Shown here one piece after another: positions 62,515-64,000 of a stretch of DNA of 64,000 nt (the first letter of the stretch is position 1; each line of letters starts with the position of its first letter). The notes beneath the pieces are model-generated. The model had not been told where the DNA came from and made no database searches. It worked only from the letters and a program-made list of their open reading frames with translations. The DNA is from Macrostomum lignano. Taxonomy: Eukaryota. The position numbers and the translations under genes were made by a program. Where the stretch lies: assembly GCA_002269645.1 (NCBI GenBank), contig NIVC01000567.1:434001-498000 (forward strand), in the 5' to 3' direction.

Positions 62515-62974
62515 TTACATCAGTATCTAACAGGTGAAAGCAGTATCTAACAGGTGACATCAGTATCTAACAGGTGACATCAGTATCTAACAGGTGACAT
62601 CAGTATCTAACAGGTGACATCAGTATCTAACAGGTGACATCAGTATCTAACAGGTGACATCAGTATCCAACACGTGACATCAGTATCTAACAAGTGACGT
62701 CAGTATCTTACAGGTGACATCAGTATCTAACAGGTGACATCAGTATCTAACAGGTGACATCAGTATCTAACAGGTGACATCAGTATCTAACAGGTGACAT
62801 CAGTATCTAACAGGTGACATCAGTATCTAACAGGGGACATCAGTATCTAACAGGTGACATCAGTATCCAACACGTGACATCAGTATCTAACAGGTGACAT
62901 CAGTATCTAACAGGTGACATCAGTATCCAACACGTGATATCAGTATCTAACAGGTGACATCAGTATCTAACAGG
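62515..62974. repeat. 20-bp minisatellite CAGTATCTAACAGGTGACAT
   Basis: About 23 units sharing the TCTAACAGGTG core with the 5.3, 6.8 and 14 kb arrays. Confidence 0.96.
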
Positions 62975-63434
62975 TTGCCGGGCTCTTCTGCTAATATTTT
63001 ATGTAATTTTCGTTTGAATTTGATTGTAAAAATTACAATTCCGAGTTAGACAAAGCGAAATAAATATTGCAGGAGTAATGGCAATTCAAGTAATAAATAT
63101 TAGAGGAAAGGAGGACAGAAGTAGAAAGTACTCGCAAAAAGAGCTGGAGACAGGTGTCAAAGTAAATCAATTTTAAGCAATTGAAAAAATTAAAACAATT
63201 CAACAATACAAATGAAAAATGATTACTAATACAAATATTTTAGAGGTGTAAAAAACTGTTTACGCGCTACAGTGCAAAGAGGAATATGGGATGATTAGCC
63301 AAACAAATAATATAAGTGGGGTATTTTTCATTGTAGTCAGTATGAGTCTTGAAAGAGGCAATGTTTGGGAAGCTGGGAGGAGGCCTATATCCCCAGCGAG
63401 GTCCTGAGATCAATATTTCAAGTTATTCATGGCT

Positions 63435-63990
63435 CTTTTGAGTTTGGTGGTAGCAGGGACTCTATGGTCGGCGGCCTGCTCCAATCTTTGAGGTCAAAGC
63501 TATGGAACCCTTTTGTGACTTTTTTATGCCATATTTTAACCAGGATCCATATTCCCTCTTTAAACCTGGGCATCTTGCTGGAATCATGCAGTAAGTAGCT
63601 GATTTTAGTGTACTTAGGCGCATCAAGGGAAATCCTGAGCTCCTGGTTTTGGAGGACCTGAAGTTAATTATGAAGTATGTAATGCCGCTCTCAGTGTAAG
63701 ACCCGTGAATCAGTCTGAGCGCAAGTTAAGTTGGGCGATCCTGGTACTCCGAGCGATCCTTCTTATTGAGTTGAGCCTGGGCATTGTGATGCCAGCCGTT
63801 CTGGATAAAGTTGAGTACATCTAGGAAGACAGCAGAATCAAAGTATTGGATGTCTTCCTGACCAGGTTTGATGGACGGCTTATCAAGACCTGTGATGTGC
63901 GTGATTTCCTTTAAACTTAAAGAGACAGGCTTGCTTTTCGCTGGATTGATAGTGATGCAAACGTCACCCAGCCATTTTTTCTATGTGATG
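63435..63990 (-). mobile_element. Possible decayed Ty3/Gypsy pol fragments
   Basis: Two ATG-less minus-strand open stretches. One reads ...GQEDIQYFDSAVFLDVLNFIQNGW..., loosely like the RNaseH-integrase linker Q..D....V...I..GW. The other reads ...PRFKEGIWILVK...KGFHSFDLKDWSRPPTI, loosely like the integrase C-terminal F..G..VLV. The resemblance is weak and the integrase core is absent. Confidence 0.25.
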
Positions 63991-64000
63991 AAGCAGCCAT

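Overview
Animal genomic DNA, read with the standard code and GT-AG introns. GC- and Gln-rich exons sit between AT-rich spacers and tandem-repeat-filled introns. This style suggests a flatworm such as Macrostomum, which is inference only. I reconstructed seven spliced genes by hand, and all frames close. They are GMPPA (-, runs off the left edge), UBE2G2 (-), a divergent T-box factor (+), a Gln-rich orphan (+), a 15-exon KIF28/KLP-6-like kinesin-3 ending in a CaaX box (-), NEK11 (+), and an ankyrin-repeat/MAP3K-like kinase fusion with a predicted N-myristoylation site (-). By my rough tally about 28 kb (~44%) of the window is micro/minisatellite, and most long six-frame ORFs are artefacts of these repeats. 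The most notable observations are: (1) the ankyrin-kinase fusion, with variable 70-aa repeats and two substituted conserved kinase residues; (2) three near-perfect RFX X-boxes in kinesin introns, two followed by antisense splice donors; (3) a repeat-derived alternative acceptor that could remove the kinesin CaaX; (4) minisatellites that appear to travel as, or within, hAT-like MITEs, including an intact hAT MITE with an 8-bp TSD; (5) a 2-kb array of CRE palindromes; (6) acceptor-like AGs just upstream of four start codons, suggestive of SL trans-splicing.
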